Shown here: positions 1-9,851 of the stretch, one piece after another
Layout of the letters: each line of letters begins with the position of its first letter
How positions within the stretch are numbered: position 1 is the first letter of the stretch
Source: Bdellovibrionales bacterium
GTDB taxonomy: Bacteria; Bdellovibrionota; Bdellovibrionia; Bdellovibrionales; CAYMLA01
Assembly: GCA_965217115.1 (NCBI GenBank)
Contig: OZ244239.1
Location: 1,361,430 to 1,425,429 of the forward strand
Reading direction: 5' to 3'
DNA: 64,000 bases
Translations under genes and position numbers: made by a program
Notes under the pieces: model-generated
The model's input: only the letters and a program-made list of their open reading frames with translations
What the model was told of the DNA's origin: nothing
Databases searched by the model: none

Positions 1-336
1 TAGAACAATGGCGATTCTCTGGCCGACAGGTTTGTGGAGAAAAGCGACAGATTTTTGTTCATCTGATATTTCAGCTGAGAGGTCATCGCCGTACATTTTA
101 ACATAGCCACCTAAAGGGATAAGACTGAGACAATAGACAGTGTCCCCCTTTTTGTATTGAAGTATTTTTTTACCAAATCCGAGACTAAAGACCTCAATTT
201 TAACCTTATAAAATTTTGCGACAAGAAAATGTCCCATTTCATGGACGAAGATTAAAAGCCCGAGAAGAATAACAAAGGGAACGATAACCGATAGACCTGA
301 TTGTAGCCATTCAATGAGAAATGAGATAGATTCCAT
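1..336 (-). CDS. rseP: Site-2 (RIP) zinc metalloprotease RseP, N-terminal part; the gene runs off the left edge
   Basis: My own reverse-strand translation from the ATG at 336..334 gives MESISFLIEWLQSGLSVIVPFVILLGLLIFVHEMGHFLVAKFYKVKIEVFSLGFGKK.... HEMGH is the HExxH motif in the first TM helix. The position after cdsA matches the conserved uppS-cdsA-rseP order. The ORF is absent from the track because it is truncated. Confidence 0.85.
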   Translation of the reverse strand, partial: MESISFLIEWLQSGLSVIVPFVILLGLLIFVHEMGHFLVAKFYKVKIEVFSLGFGKKILQYKKGDTVYCLSLIPLGGYVKMYGDDLSAEISDEQKSVAFLHKPVGQRIAIVL

Positions 337-457
337 GGGGCTATTCTAATAATATAGAGACCATTAGTACACTCTAAATAATTTATAGAGCACCATGTCT
401 GGACCTTTTGGACTTGGGTTTTGGTTCAAATGGGCTCTTGATTATAAACAATAGTCA

Positions 458-871
458 TTAACAGAAAATTCGACCAATTTTTAATCCATCAGGAGCAAAA
501 AGAATATCAATAAAAACAGAAACAAAGATACCACCTATAATCCAGAGTGATTTTGTCTTAAAGGGAATAGTTGAGGGAGTTTTAAAAAGAAAAAGAATAA
601 GACTCCACTCAAAAATTCTTATAGGGGAATAAACTAAGAAATACATGGGAAATTCACCATCATGTAATGCTGAAACAGGTAGCAAATCTGTATTTATCCC
701 AATGAGAATACCAAGGACAGCGCCTATAAGGGCTCTAAAAAGGCCAAGAGCTAAACTTCTTCCAATAGGTACCTTTGGGGAGAGAGTTAAGTATTTAATG
801 CCAACACCACACCACAAGGAGTAGCCAATAATTTTCATAAATGCATAAAGTAAATGGCCAGAAAATATCAT
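458..871 (-). CDS. Hypothetical multi-pass membrane protein (137 aa)
   Basis: Track ORF. It is hydrophobic throughout with about four predicted TM segments and I recognise no motif. It lies between cdsA and rseP. Confidence 0.5.
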   Translation of the reverse strand: MIFSGHLLYAFMKIIGYSLWCGVGIKYLTLSPKVPIGRSLALGLFRALIGAVLGILIGINTDLLPVSALHDGEFPMYFLVYSPIRIFEWSLILFLFKTPSTIPFKTKSLWIIGGIFVSVFIDILFAPDGLKIGRIFC

Positions 872-914
872 AATAGGGAGATCTCTAAATAAATAAAAAC
901 ACGCTATGCTTTAG

Positions 915-1733
915 TTACTGCATAAAGATTAATATGAATAGGTACATAACGGGTAGAGCAAAGAGAAGGCTGTCAATTCGGTCTAGAACACCTCCATGTC
1001 CAGGCATGAATTTTCCAGAGTCTTTTACGCCGTTAATTCTTTTTAAGAGGGATTCAAAAAAATCTCCCGATTGAGCAAAAACCCCCAGACAGAGACCAAG
1101 AAGAAAAAAACTCCAGACAGGAGTCGAGGGGAAAAAATAGATTCCGAAAGAAACGGTGGAGAGAAGTGATCCAGCTAATCCCCCAAAGGAGCCTTCAACT
1201 GTTTTAAGAGGAGAGAGATGGGGAAGGATCTTGTTTTTTCCAAAATTGACACCAATGATGTAGGCCAGAGTGTCCCCAGAAAAAACAGCGACAAAAACCA
1301 GGGCAAAAAGAATGAGGCCTTCTTCAAGGAGAAGAATTTTCCCAGCAAAGCTTGGCAAAAGACCGCAATAAAATAAACCAAAGCTAGAGCGTAGTGACCA
1401 CTGCTTTAATTGTTCTAAATCTTGGCGAAAAGGAGCAGCAAGTAAGCACATGACAATAGAGAGAAGTACGCTGATGGAGAAAAAAGACATCGCCCAAGAA
1501 GGTTGAAAAACCATGAAGCAGTAATTAGAGAGAACGAGGCCATAGAAAAGCAATTTTAGACGTTTGCTAGATTTAAAATGAGAGAAAGTCAGACGATTAT
1601 ATTCGCGGGCAGAGAGCCATGATAAGAGTAGACACAAGTAAACAAGGCCCTTTGTAGGAAAAAAGAAATGTATAACAACAAGAAGAGCAGTCGCAAGAAT
1701 CGCAGAAAAGAATCTTTTAGTAAAAGTCGTCAT
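915..1733 (-). CDS. cdsA: Phosphatidate cytidylyltransferase (CDP-diglyceride synthase)
   Basis: Polytopic membrane protein with the C-terminal CdsA signature region SGDFFESLLKRINGVKDSGKFMPGHGGVLDRIDS. I chose the internal ATG at 1733 (MTTFTKRFF...) rather than the track start at 1820, which would run about 100 nt into uppS. Confidence 0.88.
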   Translation of the reverse strand: MTTFTKRFFSAILATALLVVIHFFFPTKGLVYLCLLLSWLSAREYNRLTFSHFKSSKRLKLLFYGLVLSNYCFMVFQPSWAMSFFSISVLLSIVMCLLAAPFRQDLEQLKQWSLRSSFGLFYCGLLPSFAGKILLLEEGLILFALVFVAVFSGDTLAYIIGVNFGKNKILPHLSPLKTVEGSFGGLAGSLLSTVSFGIYFFPSTPVWSFFLLGLCLGVFAQSGDFFESLLKRINGVKDSGKFMPGHGGVLDRIDSLLFALPVMYLFILIFMQ

Positions 1734-2472
1734 TATTCTGCACAGTTCCTTCAACAAAAGACGGAGTTTGTTTTTGCGTGATACTACCAAAGCGTCGATG
1801 GCGTTTTCTGAAAGCAGCAAGAGCTTGATAAAGGTGTTTTTTTGTAAAATCAGGCCAATTCACATCAGTAAAGTACATTTCACTATATGCACATTGCCAG
1901 AGCAGAAAATTAGAAAGACGCATTTCGCCACTTGTACGAATAATTAAATCTGGAGAGGGAGTTGGGTGAGTCCAAAGATGACGAGAGAGGAGATCCTCAT
2001 TGATATCGTTGATCTGAATTTTTTCTTCTTTGATTTGTACTGCTATTTTTCGGGTCGCTTGGACAATATCAGATTGGCCACCGTAGTTAAGGGCTAAGGT
2101 AAGCTCCATTCCCGTGTTATTAGCTGTTAAGTCGATGTTGTGTTGAACTTCCTTGATGATCTCCGCAGGGAGTTGTTCAAGTAAGCCAATGGACTTGAAG
2201 CGGATATTTTCTTTCATCAAAGTGTCGCGTTCACGCACAAGATGGCGGTTTAGTAGGCGCATTAACAAATTTATTTCTGTTTGAGGACGTCGCCAGTTCT
2301 CTGTGCTAAAAGTAAAAAGAGTGAGATATTTTATATTTCTTTCTGTGGCATATTGAATAATCTCTCGGGCCACTTTAGCCCCCTTGATATGGCCAAAAGC
2401 ACGATGTCTATGGCGTGCCTCAGCCCAACGCCCATTTCCATCCATAATGATTGCAATGTGCTTTGGGATCAT
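1717..2472 (-). CDS. uppS: Undecaprenyl-diphosphate synthase (cis-prenyltransferase)
   Basis: N-terminus PKHIAIIMDGNGRWA plus the motifs FSTENWRRP and RTSGEMRLSNFLLWQ, which are classic UppS signatures. Confidence 0.95.
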   Translation of the reverse strand: MIPKHIAIIMDGNGRWAEARHRHRAFGHIKGAKVAREIIQYATERNIKYLTLFTFSTENWRRPQTEINLLMRLLNRHLVRERDTLMKENIRFKSIGLLEQLPAEIIKEVQHNIDLTANNTGMELTLALNYGGQSDIVQATRKIAVQIKEEKIQINDINEDLLSRHLWTHPTPSPDLIIRTSGEMRLSNFLLWQCAYSEMYFTDVNWPDFTKKHLYQALAAFRKRHRRFGSITQKQTPSFVEGTVQNNDDFY

Positions 2473-2509
2473 AAAGTTCCTTTTGATCTCAATACTAAGA
2501 GTTACTAAA

Positions 2510-3067
2510 TTAAAGAGTCAGAATATCTTGTTCTTTTTTATCTGAGATAGTGTCTATTTTTTTAATATAAGAGTCAGTCAATTTCTGAACTTTTCCTGTT
2601 ATGGACTTCTGCTCATCTTCACTAAGCTCTTTGCTCTTAAGGGCAGATTTTGAAATATCATTGGCTTCTCGACGTGTCATGCGTATAGCAATACGAGCCT
2701 CTTCAGAAATTTTCTTGATAGTTTTAACCAGTTCTTTTCTTCTCTCTTCTGTGACGTCAGGAACTTTTAGGCGAATAACTTTTCCGTCATTGATGGGTGA
2801 CATTCCTAAATCACTTTTAACAAGAGCCATTTCTATATCTTTAAGAACAGCGGCTTCCCATGGGGCAATCATAAAAGACTTGGCGTCGGGACAAGAGACA
2901 GAAGCTACTTGGCTTAAAGGGGTCGGGCTACCGTAGTAATTAACTTTTACGGTGTCTAACATAGAAGCATTCGCTTTTCCTGTGCGAACTTTTTTTAGCT
3001 CAGAGCCAAGAGACACTATAGCTTTTTCCATTTTTTCTTTTGAATTTTCTTCTAGGTTTTCAAGCAC
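2510..3067 (-). CDS. frr: Ribosome recycling factor
   Basis: 185 aa with typical RRF sequence (VRTGKANASMLD, PDVTEERRKELVK) and pyrH-frr-uppS synteny. Confidence 0.95.
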   Translation of the reverse strand: MLENLEENSKEKMEKAIVSLGSELKKVRTGKANASMLDTVKVNYYGSPTPLSQVASVSCPDAKSFMIAPWEAAVLKDIEMALVKSDLGMSPINDGKVIRLKVPDVTEERRKELVKTIKKISEEARIAIRMTRREANDISKSALKSKELSEDEQKSITGKVQKLTDSYIKKIDTISDKKEQDILTL

Positions 3068-3098
3068 GGGTAATCTCCTTTTTTATTTATCAAATAAT

Positions 3099-3809
3099 TT
3101 ATTTAATAGTAGTTCCTATCTCTTCTCCTGAAATAGCTTTGAGGATATTACCAGGAGTGTTTAAGTTAAAGGTGATAATAGGAAGTTTATTATTCATACA
3201 TAAAGAAACGGCAGTAGAATCCATAACTTCGAGTCCTTTGTTAAGAACATCAATATAGGAAAGTTGACTAAATTTAACGGCATCACTATGAGTCACGGGA
3301 TCTTTATCATAAATGCCATCGACTTTTGTTGCTTTTAAAATCACATCAGCATTGATTTCCATAGCGCGTAATGCGGCGGCTGTATCTGTTGTAAAGTAAG
3401 GGTTGCCTGTGCCGGCACCAAAAATCACGACTCGTCCCTTTTTTAAGTGACGCATAGCACGTCGTCGAATATATGGTTCGGCAATTTCTGCCATTTGGAT
3501 AGCTGTTTGTACACGTGTTTGTACTCCATCTTTTTCGAGAGCATCTTGAAGGGCAAGGGCGTTAATGCATGTTGCAAGCATTCCCATGTAATCGGAGCTA
3601 GAGCGATCCATGCCTTCCGCAGAAGCGGCAACACCACGAAAAATATTTCCGCCACCAATGACAATACCAATTTCAACGCCTGTGCGAGAAGCACCCCCGA
3701 CGTCTTTTGCAATACGCCGAATGACGGTGGTGTTTATTCCAGTACCCTGCTCTCCTCCGAGAGCTTCGCCACTCAATTTTAATAGAACACGATGATATTT
3801 TTTCCCCAA
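3099..3809 (-). CDS. pyrH: UMP kinase
   Basis: [13 protein letters not shown] at the N-terminus, plus GGGNIFRG and [17 protein letters not shown]. Confidence 0.95.
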   Translation of the reverse strand: MGKKYHRVLLKLSGEALGGEQGTGINTTVIRRIAKDVGGASRTGVEIGIVIGGGNIFRGVAASAEGMDRSSSDYMGMLATCINALALQDALEKDGVQTRVQTAIQMAEIAEPYIRRRAMRHLKKGRVVIFGAGTGNPYFTTDTAAALRAMEINADVILKATKVDGIYDKDPVTHSDAVKFSQLSYIDVLNKGLEVMDSTAVSLCMNNKLPIITFNLNTPGNILKAISGEEIGTTIK

Positions 3810-3829
3810 GTGAACTCCTGTTAAATTAT

Positions 3830-4480
3830 CTAGTGCTGCTGAGTAACGGCAGCAACTTCGTCGGCAAAGTTTTCCTCTTTTTTTGCAAGACCCTCGCCTA
3901 ATTCAAAACGAGCAAAACGACGGATATCGAGTTTTTCACCAATTTTAACAACCATGTTGTTGAGATGTTCTTCGACGGTTACATCTGTGTTTTTAACAAA
4001 CGTTTGTTTTAATAAACATTGTTGTGCAATCCATTTGTTGATTTGACCATCAACGATCTTTCCGATGATCTCTTCTTTTTTTCCCTCTTCTTTGGCCTTG
4101 GTCGTTAAGAAAATTCTTTCTTTTGAAATGAGGTCAGAGGAGAGATCCTCTTCTCTAACGGCTAGTGGAGCTGTTGCAGCAATGTGCATGGCAATATCCT
4201 TAGCAAAATCTTGAAAATCTTTGTTGCGAGCAACGAAGTCTGTCTCTGAATTGACTTCAACCATAACTCCAACACGGCCGCCGTGCATATAGGTTTGTAC
4301 AATACCTTCGGAAGCAATGCGGCCAGATTTTTTTGCAGCCTTAGCAAGACCTTTTGTGCGTAACCAATCGGCAGCTTGATCAAAATCTCCAGACGCTTCT
4401 TGCAAAGCTTTTTTGCAATCCAACATTCCAGCACCTGTTCTTGCGCGTAATTCTTTAACCTGACTTGCAGTAATAGACAT
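3830..4480 (-). CDS. tsf: Elongation factor Ts (short, 216-aa form)
   Basis: [24 protein letters not shown] (UBA-like N-terminal domain) and TDFVARN, with rpsB-tsf synteny. Confidence 0.93.
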   Translation of the reverse strand: MSITASQVKELRARTGAGMLDCKKALQEASGDFDQAADWLRTKGLAKAAKKSGRIASEGIVQTYMHGGRVGVMVEVNSETDFVARNKDFQDFAKDIAMHIAATAPLAVREEDLSSDLISKERIFLTTKAKEEGKKEEIIGKIVDGQINKWIAQQCLLKQTFVKNTDVTVEEHLNNMVVKIGEKLDIRRFARFELGEGLAKKEENFADEVAAVTQQH

Positions 4481-4511
4481 CTTTTACTCCCTAAGGATTT
4501 TTTATTAAAGG

Positions 4512-5510
4512 TTATTTTTTTTCTTCGACGTTATCTTTGATAGAGGTTTTTGTTTTTTCTCCAGTCTCGCTAGGTGCTTCCGTTGTTGGGTTGGCTTCAG
4601 CTTCGAGTTTTTTAAGCTCTCTATCGGCTAACTCACGGGCCACCTCCTCTTGTATTTCAACATCTTCGGCTGTCCCCGCTGCGACAAGTTTTCTTGCCTT
4701 GGTAACGGTCACAACGGCTGGTCCACTGGAGGTGTCTGCCCCACGTTTTCCCCGCGTTTTAACTTCTGCTTTTTTAGGAGTGCTTGAAAGAACTTCTTTG
4801 TCTCCTAATTCACGAAGCTTAGCTTGGTAGTTTTTTGCGCCTTCGTTGTAGGCTTCAGCAATGTGATTGGCAAAAAGATTAATAGAACGAATGGCATCAT
4901 CATTTCCAGGAATAGGAAATTCAACTGTTCCGGGGTCAGAGTTAGTGTCAGCAATTCCGATAACGGGAATACCGAGTTTTTTAGCTTCGGCAACGGCGAT
5001 ATGCTCTTTGTTGAGATCAACAACAAACAAAGCGCCTGGCGCACCGTTCATATCGCGAATTCCGCCTAAATAATCAGAGAGGCGGGTGTAATCTTTTTCA
5101 ATTTTTGAACGTTCTTTTTTAGAAAAAAGATCAAGATCACCATCTTCACGCATCTTATCGATTTTTTTTAGGCGTGTGATACTAGATTTAATAGTGGCGA
5201 AGTTAGTTAAGGTTCCACCGAGCCAGCGTTTAGTTATAAAATATTGGCTACATTTTTCGGCAGCGTCTTGGATTGGGCCAATAGCCTGTTTTTTTGTTCC
5301 TACAAAAATAATAGATTGTCCCTTTGCGGCCATCTTTTCCACAAACTGGGCTGCTGTCTGTGCGTAATTGACGGTTTTTTGCAGATCAATAATATGGATT
5401 CCCCCACGAACCGTGTACACATAGTTTTTCATTTTGGGGTTCCAGCGAGCTGTTTGGTGTCCAAAGTGGACGCCAGCGTCGAGCATTTCTTTCATAGAAA
5501 TTTGAGTCAT
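4512..5510 (-). CDS. rpsB: 30S ribosomal protein S2 with a long charged C-terminal extension
   Basis: MKEMLDAGVHFGHQTARWNPKM and TLTNF are S2 signatures. At 332 aa it is well above the roughly 240 aa of the E. coli protein. Confidence 0.95.
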   Translation of the reverse strand: MTQISMKEMLDAGVHFGHQTARWNPKMKNYVYTVRGGIHIIDLQKTVNYAQTAAQFVEKMAAKGQSIIFVGTKKQAIGPIQDAAEKCSQYFITKRWLGGTLTNFATIKSSITRLKKIDKMREDGDLDLFSKKERSKIEKDYTRLSDYLGGIRDMNGAPGALFVVDLNKEHIAVAEAKKLGIPVIGIADTNSDPGTVEFPIPGNDDAIRSINLFANHIAEAYNEGAKNYQAKLRELGDKEVLSSTPKKAEVKTRGKRGADTSSGPAVVTVTKARKLVAAGTAEDVEIQEEVARELADRELKKLEAEANPTTEAPSETGEKTKTSIKDNVEEKK

Positions 5511-5604
5511 AAATTACCTCTGGTTAAGCCTCCTCCTCGAAATGTAATTCAGACCAGGGTCATGAACACCAGGGTTATCAAGGAGTGAGTAGTTAATAAT
5601 TATC

Positions 5605-6744
5605 TCAAGGGTTTAGCATATTTTTTGTACTAGGGGCAACCCCTATTAGAGAGCTTAATGCTATTTGTGCCCTTTCAATAGCCCCTTCAACTCCACGATA
5701 GGCACTGAGTTGAGGTGAGGCTAAAAAGAGGGAAAGACCTTCTTTAAGCACTTGATTTTCCTCGGAATTCAGTCCTTCTAGGGGAGATGTGTCTTCAATA
5801 AAAAGCAGCTTATCATCGATGATCGTTTTTAAAGCTTCAGGAAAAAGACGTTTGACCTGTTTTTTTATTTTTTTGACAGTGTTTCCTGCCACTTCATGAT
5901 TCTCATTGGAGGGGTAGAAAGTTGTCCAACTAGAAGTGTGTGGGTCTAGGAAATGTCCCCAAACAACCCCTGTGGTGTCATTTTTTTCACTGATTGGCAT
6001 GATAAAAGTATTTTGCCCATCGTAAATTGGTTCAGAATGCTTTACATTCCAGTGCAAAGTTCCCCAGAGAGGAGTCTTCATAATTTTTTGTAAAGACCGT
6101 GGTTTTAATGAATCAGAAGAGAGGGTTTGCACGAGTTTTTTTAGCGGTAAACAAGAGAAGTAATTTTTTGCTGTGTAAAAAAGATGACCATTGACATGAA
6201 TTCCCTGAATTTGCTGGGCCTGGGTTTCAATTTTGGTGAGATGGGAATTTGGGAAAAAGTCCCCTTTGAATTCTTTGGTTAAAGTATTGATCCAATCTTG
6301 AGGTGTGAGTTTTAAATGTGTAATCTTTTTTTCAAGATGAGGTTTTAGTTCAGCGTAAAAAGAAGGTGGATTACCGGCAAAGCCTAAAAAAGGCAATATT
6401 CGATCCTTGTCTAGTGTTAGAGGCGGAAGCTCCTGCTGCTCTCCGAGAATTTCTTTGTTAAGAAATTTTTCTAGCCACTTTAAGTGTTCTAATGTTTTGT
6501 TTTGTAGGGGAAGAGTATTTTTGTTGCAAAATCTTGTGGTTCCCCCAGCTTGATCTCGACTGTCAATGAGCGCAACAGAGAAACCTCTTTTTTCCAGGCC
6601 ATAAGCAATAAGAAGACCCTCAAGATCAGCTCCGAGAACGATGCAATCATAAGAGCGAGTCTTTTTTTTACTGCGAGGTTGTTTTTCATTAGTTTTCTTT
6701 TCTTCATTGTGAATGAGTGTTGTCATGGTTTTACGATGATCCAT
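5605..6744 (-). CDS. Rossmann-type FAD/NAD(P)-binding oxidoreductase-like protein (function unknown)
   Basis: The N-terminal YDCIVLGADLEGLLIAYGLEKRGFSVALIDSRDQAGG resembles a dinucleotide-binding beta-alpha-beta unit, although GADLEG departs from GxGxxG. Confidence 0.45.
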   Translation of the reverse strand: MDHRKTMTTLIHNEEKKTNEKQPRSKKKTRSYDCIVLGADLEGLLIAYGLEKRGFSVALIDSRDQAGGTTRFCNKNTLPLQNKTLEHLKWLEKFLNKEILGEQQELPPLTLDKDRILPFLGFAGNPPSFYAELKPHLEKKITHLKLTPQDWINTLTKEFKGDFFPNSHLTKIETQAQQIQGIHVNGHLFYTAKNYFSCLPLKKLVQTLSSDSLKPRSLQKIMKTPLWGTLHWNVKHSEPIYDGQNTFIMPISEKNDTTGVVWGHFLDPHTSSWTTFYPSNENHEVAGNTVKKIKKQVKRLFPEALKTIIDDKLLFIEDTSPLEGLNSEENQVLKEGLSLFLASPQLSAYRGVEGAIERAQIALSSLIGVAPSTKNMLNP

Positions 6745-6890
6745 GATTTTATAGAAAGCAAGGGAAAACAGTCGTTATTTTTGATATTGCTCTGCTAATA
6801 GGCATTGCATGACGGGTAAGATCTGGATAAAGAGGGTTTAAGAACTTAGTTTAGAAAATGTCGGTCGTGGTATCGATTGTGTTTTTATAA

Positions 6891-8963
6891 TTACAAAAAA
6901 CTTATAGGGTCGACATCAATCATAACTTTGGTTGTAGATTCGATCCACTTGCCGTCACTGAGAACTTGAGAACAAAAAGTTCTCAGCGTTTGTGAAGATG
7001 AAGACTTTGTTAATAGGTGGAAGCGATGTTGTCCACGTAGACGTGCAAGAGGTGCTTCGACGGGTCCTAAAACAGTGATGGAAGCAAATTGAGGGTACTT
7101 GTCTTTGAGTATTTGAATGCGTGAGCTGAGTTTTTTGAGGGATGTCTTAACTTTGTCCATATGCAAACCTTGAATACGGATGGAGCAGATTTTTTCAAAA
7201 GGAGGATACTTAAGTTCATCACGATTGGAAAGTTCCTCTTGAGCAAACCCCTTAAAGTCATGAAGAAGAGCGTGTTTAAGACAAGGGTGGGAGGGGTTGT
7301 AGGTTTGGACAATTACTTTTCCAGGAAGTTCGTTTTTTTGAATGTGCCTTCCAGCTCTCCCGCTGACTTGGCAAATTAGTTGAAAACTTCTCTCAGCAGC
7401 ACGAAAATCAGGAAGGTTAAAACCAACATCAGCGAGAACAACTCCAACAAGTGTGAGATCAGGAAAGTCTAGGCCTTTAGCAATCATCTGAGTGCCGATG
7501 ATGATATCAACGTCTTTGTTTTCAACTTCTTGTATGAACCTTTCCATGTCTTCACGGGAGTTGATTTCATCTCGATCGGCTCGACTGATACGTGCTGTTG
7601 GAAAGAGAGTTTGTATATTTTTTTCAATAAGCTCCGTGCCTGTTCCGAGAGGTTGTAGTTCTCCTTCTTTACAGTCAGGACAGTTTTCGTGTAGGCTATC
7701 GTGGTAACCGCAGTAGTGGCAAATTAGGTTTGAGCGACTGTGAAGAGTCAGGCTGACGGCGCAATCAGGACATTCGTAGACATAGCCACAGTCTTTACAG
7801 TGGACAACCTGTGCCACTCCTCGTCGGTTGAGAAACAAAGCGCTTTGCTTATTTTGTTTTAAATTTTCCTTAAGAGCTTGATAAAGCTGGTGGCTTAGCC
7901 AAAAAGGAAGCTCTTCTTCTTTTGAGGTTTGGTTGTCTTCCTCGTTCTTACGCATAGGTATGATTTCTATTTTTGGCATTGGGCGATTATTGACACGTTT
8001 TTCCATGGAGTGAAGTTGATATATTCCTTTTTTTGAATTTTGCCAAGATTCTAAACTAGGGGTTGCTGAGCCAAGAACAATTGGACAATTTAGTTTCTTT
8101 GCAATAACAACGGCAGCATCTCTTGCGTGGTATTTGAGTTTTTCATTTTGTTTAAAGCTAGGTTCGTGCTCTTCATCAATAATAATAATCCCTAAAGAAG
8201 CAATAGGGCAAAACAGAGCGGATCTTGCTCCAATGAGAATATTTTTCTTATTATCAACGATCTCCCACCATTGGTTTGTTTTTTCTCGTGGAGTGAGGTG
8301 TGAATGTATAACGGCGATCTGTTGACCAAACCGCGCGTGAAACCTTTGTACAAGTTGAGGAGTGAGTGAGATTTCTGGAACAAGAACAAGCCCTTTTTTT
8401 CCTTGAGAGAGGGTTTTTTCTAAAAGATTGAGATAAACTTCCGTCTTTCCTGAGCCAGTAACTCCGTGAACAAGATGCACGTTAAATTTGTTGAGTGATT
8501 GAGCCATATCATTAGTTACTTTTTGTTGTTCACCTGTAAGTTTAGGAATCACTGGGTTTTTTTCTGAAGAGCATTCAACCCCTTCTGTCGTTTTTATGAT
8601 GGGAGATTTACGAGTTTTGTTGCGAAGAGTTCCTTTTTTTAAGGGAGGAAAAGAGAGATGACAGGTTTGTCCAATGGGGTAGAGATAATAATTAGAAACC
8701 CATGTGAGCCATGAGATGTGAACTGATGATAGAGGTGGGAAGTCTTCTTGTAGAGATGAAATGGGCTTTAGCTTATAGTTACCCTTGTCTTTGGTTGTGC
8801 CAATGATAACACCATCAAGCTGTCTTTTTCCGAGAGGAACTTTGACTCTAAGGCCTATGGGGTTGTTGGGTAGACTCTGTTCTGGCGGTAAGTAGGTAAG
8901 AGGTTCTTTGAGTGGCGCATTGACAGCGACAACTAGATAAATAGAACCAGAATTTTGATTCAT
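6891..8963 (-). CDS. priA: Primosomal replication protein N' (PriA helicase)
   Basis: Walker A GVTGSGKTEVY, DEEH box (IIIDEEHEPSF), and a Cys-rich zinc-binding insert CKDCGYVYECPDCAVSLTLHSRSNLICHYCG. Confidence 0.93.
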   Translation of the reverse strand: MNQNSGSIYLVVAVNAPLKEPLTYLPPEQSLPNNPIGLRVKVPLGKRQLDGVIIGTTKDKGNYKLKPISSLQEDFPPLSSVHISWLTWVSNYYLYPIGQTCHLSFPPLKKGTLRNKTRKSPIIKTTEGVECSSEKNPVIPKLTGEQQKVTNDMAQSLNKFNVHLVHGVTGSGKTEVYLNLLEKTLSQGKKGLVLVPEISLTPQLVQRFHARFGQQIAVIHSHLTPREKTNQWWEIVDNKKNILIGARSALFCPIASLGIIIIDEEHEPSFKQNEKLKYHARDAAVVIAKKLNCPIVLGSATPSLESWQNSKKGIYQLHSMEKRVNNRPMPKIEIIPMRKNEEDNQTSKEEELPFWLSHQLYQALKENLKQNKQSALFLNRRGVAQVVHCKDCGYVYECPDCAVSLTLHSRSNLICHYCGYHDSLHENCPDCKEGELQPLGTGTELIEKNIQTLFPTARISRADRDEINSREDMERFIQEVENKDVDIIIGTQMIAKGLDFPDLTLVGVVLADVGFNLPDFRAAERSFQLICQVSGRAGRHIQKNELPGKVIVQTYNPSHPCLKHALLHDFKGFAQEELSNRDELKYPPFEKICSIRIQGLHMDKVKTSLKKLSSRIQILKDKYPQFASITVLGPVEAPLARLRGQHRFHLLTKSSSSQTLRTFCSQVLSDGKWIESTTKVMIDVDPISFL

Positions 8964-8966
8964 AAA

Positions 8967-9851
8967 CTATCTGAACCTTCGATAAAAATTAAGGATAAGA
9001 TTTTTATTTGGAGCATTCTGAAGCCCTTCGATTTTGGTTGGTTGGTTGAGGTTTTCTGTTGAGAATTTATTTTTTAGTATTTTACTAGATGTTTTATTCT
9101 TTACTGAAATGAGTTGAATCTTGTACTGTCTGTCGTGCCACTGAATATAACGTATTTTAGGAAAATAAAGATTTTTAGAATATTGAGAGAAGGAGGAGCT
9201 TGTTATCTCCGCCCCTGATTTTAGACGTAATTTTCTTAGTACAAAGTGATCTTGTTCTATCCATGCTCCAGGCAATAGGTTCTTCTGGGTTGATGGTGTT
9301 CCGTAGCCGTAGGCCACAACACCACTGACACGGGTTAATCTGGAAAAAGGTTCATAGACGTAGCCAGTTTCGCTAAGGTCACTTGGTTCGTAGGAATTCA
9401 TAAGAAAGGACGGAGGAAGGATGTTTTGTTTTTTTAATCTATGGGCAAATTTTTCCAATGAGCGGTAGTGAAAAAAATTTTCTATAAAATCTGAAGAAAT
9501 TTCGTGGGAGATGTTTTTTTTAGATGAATCGATGGAATAACGATGGCCCTTTTTATAAAGGTATTCAAAAAAAATGGTCTTCTTCCACTCGCGAGTTCCA
9601 GTGACGGTTAAGTGCATGGAGTCTTCACTCTCTATGAGCCAAACTTCGCGGAGTGTAAAATTATTAAAAAGACCAAGGTTTGTAGCTTCGTTAGGAAAGG
9701 AGACCTCTTGTTCAATTTCATAAATCCCAGACCCATGTCTCTTAACCGCTCTGCTTAAAATAGTTTTAGCTGAGGGAATATAAGAAAAGCAAAAACAGGG
9801 AAGAATCATTAATGTGAAAAAAAAGAAGAGTTTTTTTCTTAGAGCGATCAT
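8967..9851 (-). CDS. Hypothetical exported protein (294 aa)
   Basis: N-terminal hydrophobic signal-like segment. Its start overlaps the galU stop by 4 nt and its stop lies 3 nt from the priA start, so it is probably co-transcribed with galU and priA. Confidence 0.5.
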   Translation of the reverse strand: MIALRKKLFFFFTLMILPCFCFSYIPSAKTILSRAVKRHGSGIYEIEQEVSFPNEATNLGLFNNFTLREVWLIESEDSMHLTVTGTREWKKTIFFEYLYKKGHRYSIDSSKKNISHEISSDFIENFFHYRSLEKFAHRLKKQNILPPSFLMNSYEPSDLSETGYVYEPFSRLTRVSGVVAYGYGTPSTQKNLLPGAWIEQDHFVLRKLRLKSGAEITSSSFSQYSKNLYFPKIRYIQWHDRQYKIQLISVKNKTSSKILKNKFSTENLNQPTKIEGLQNAPNKNLILNFYRRFR

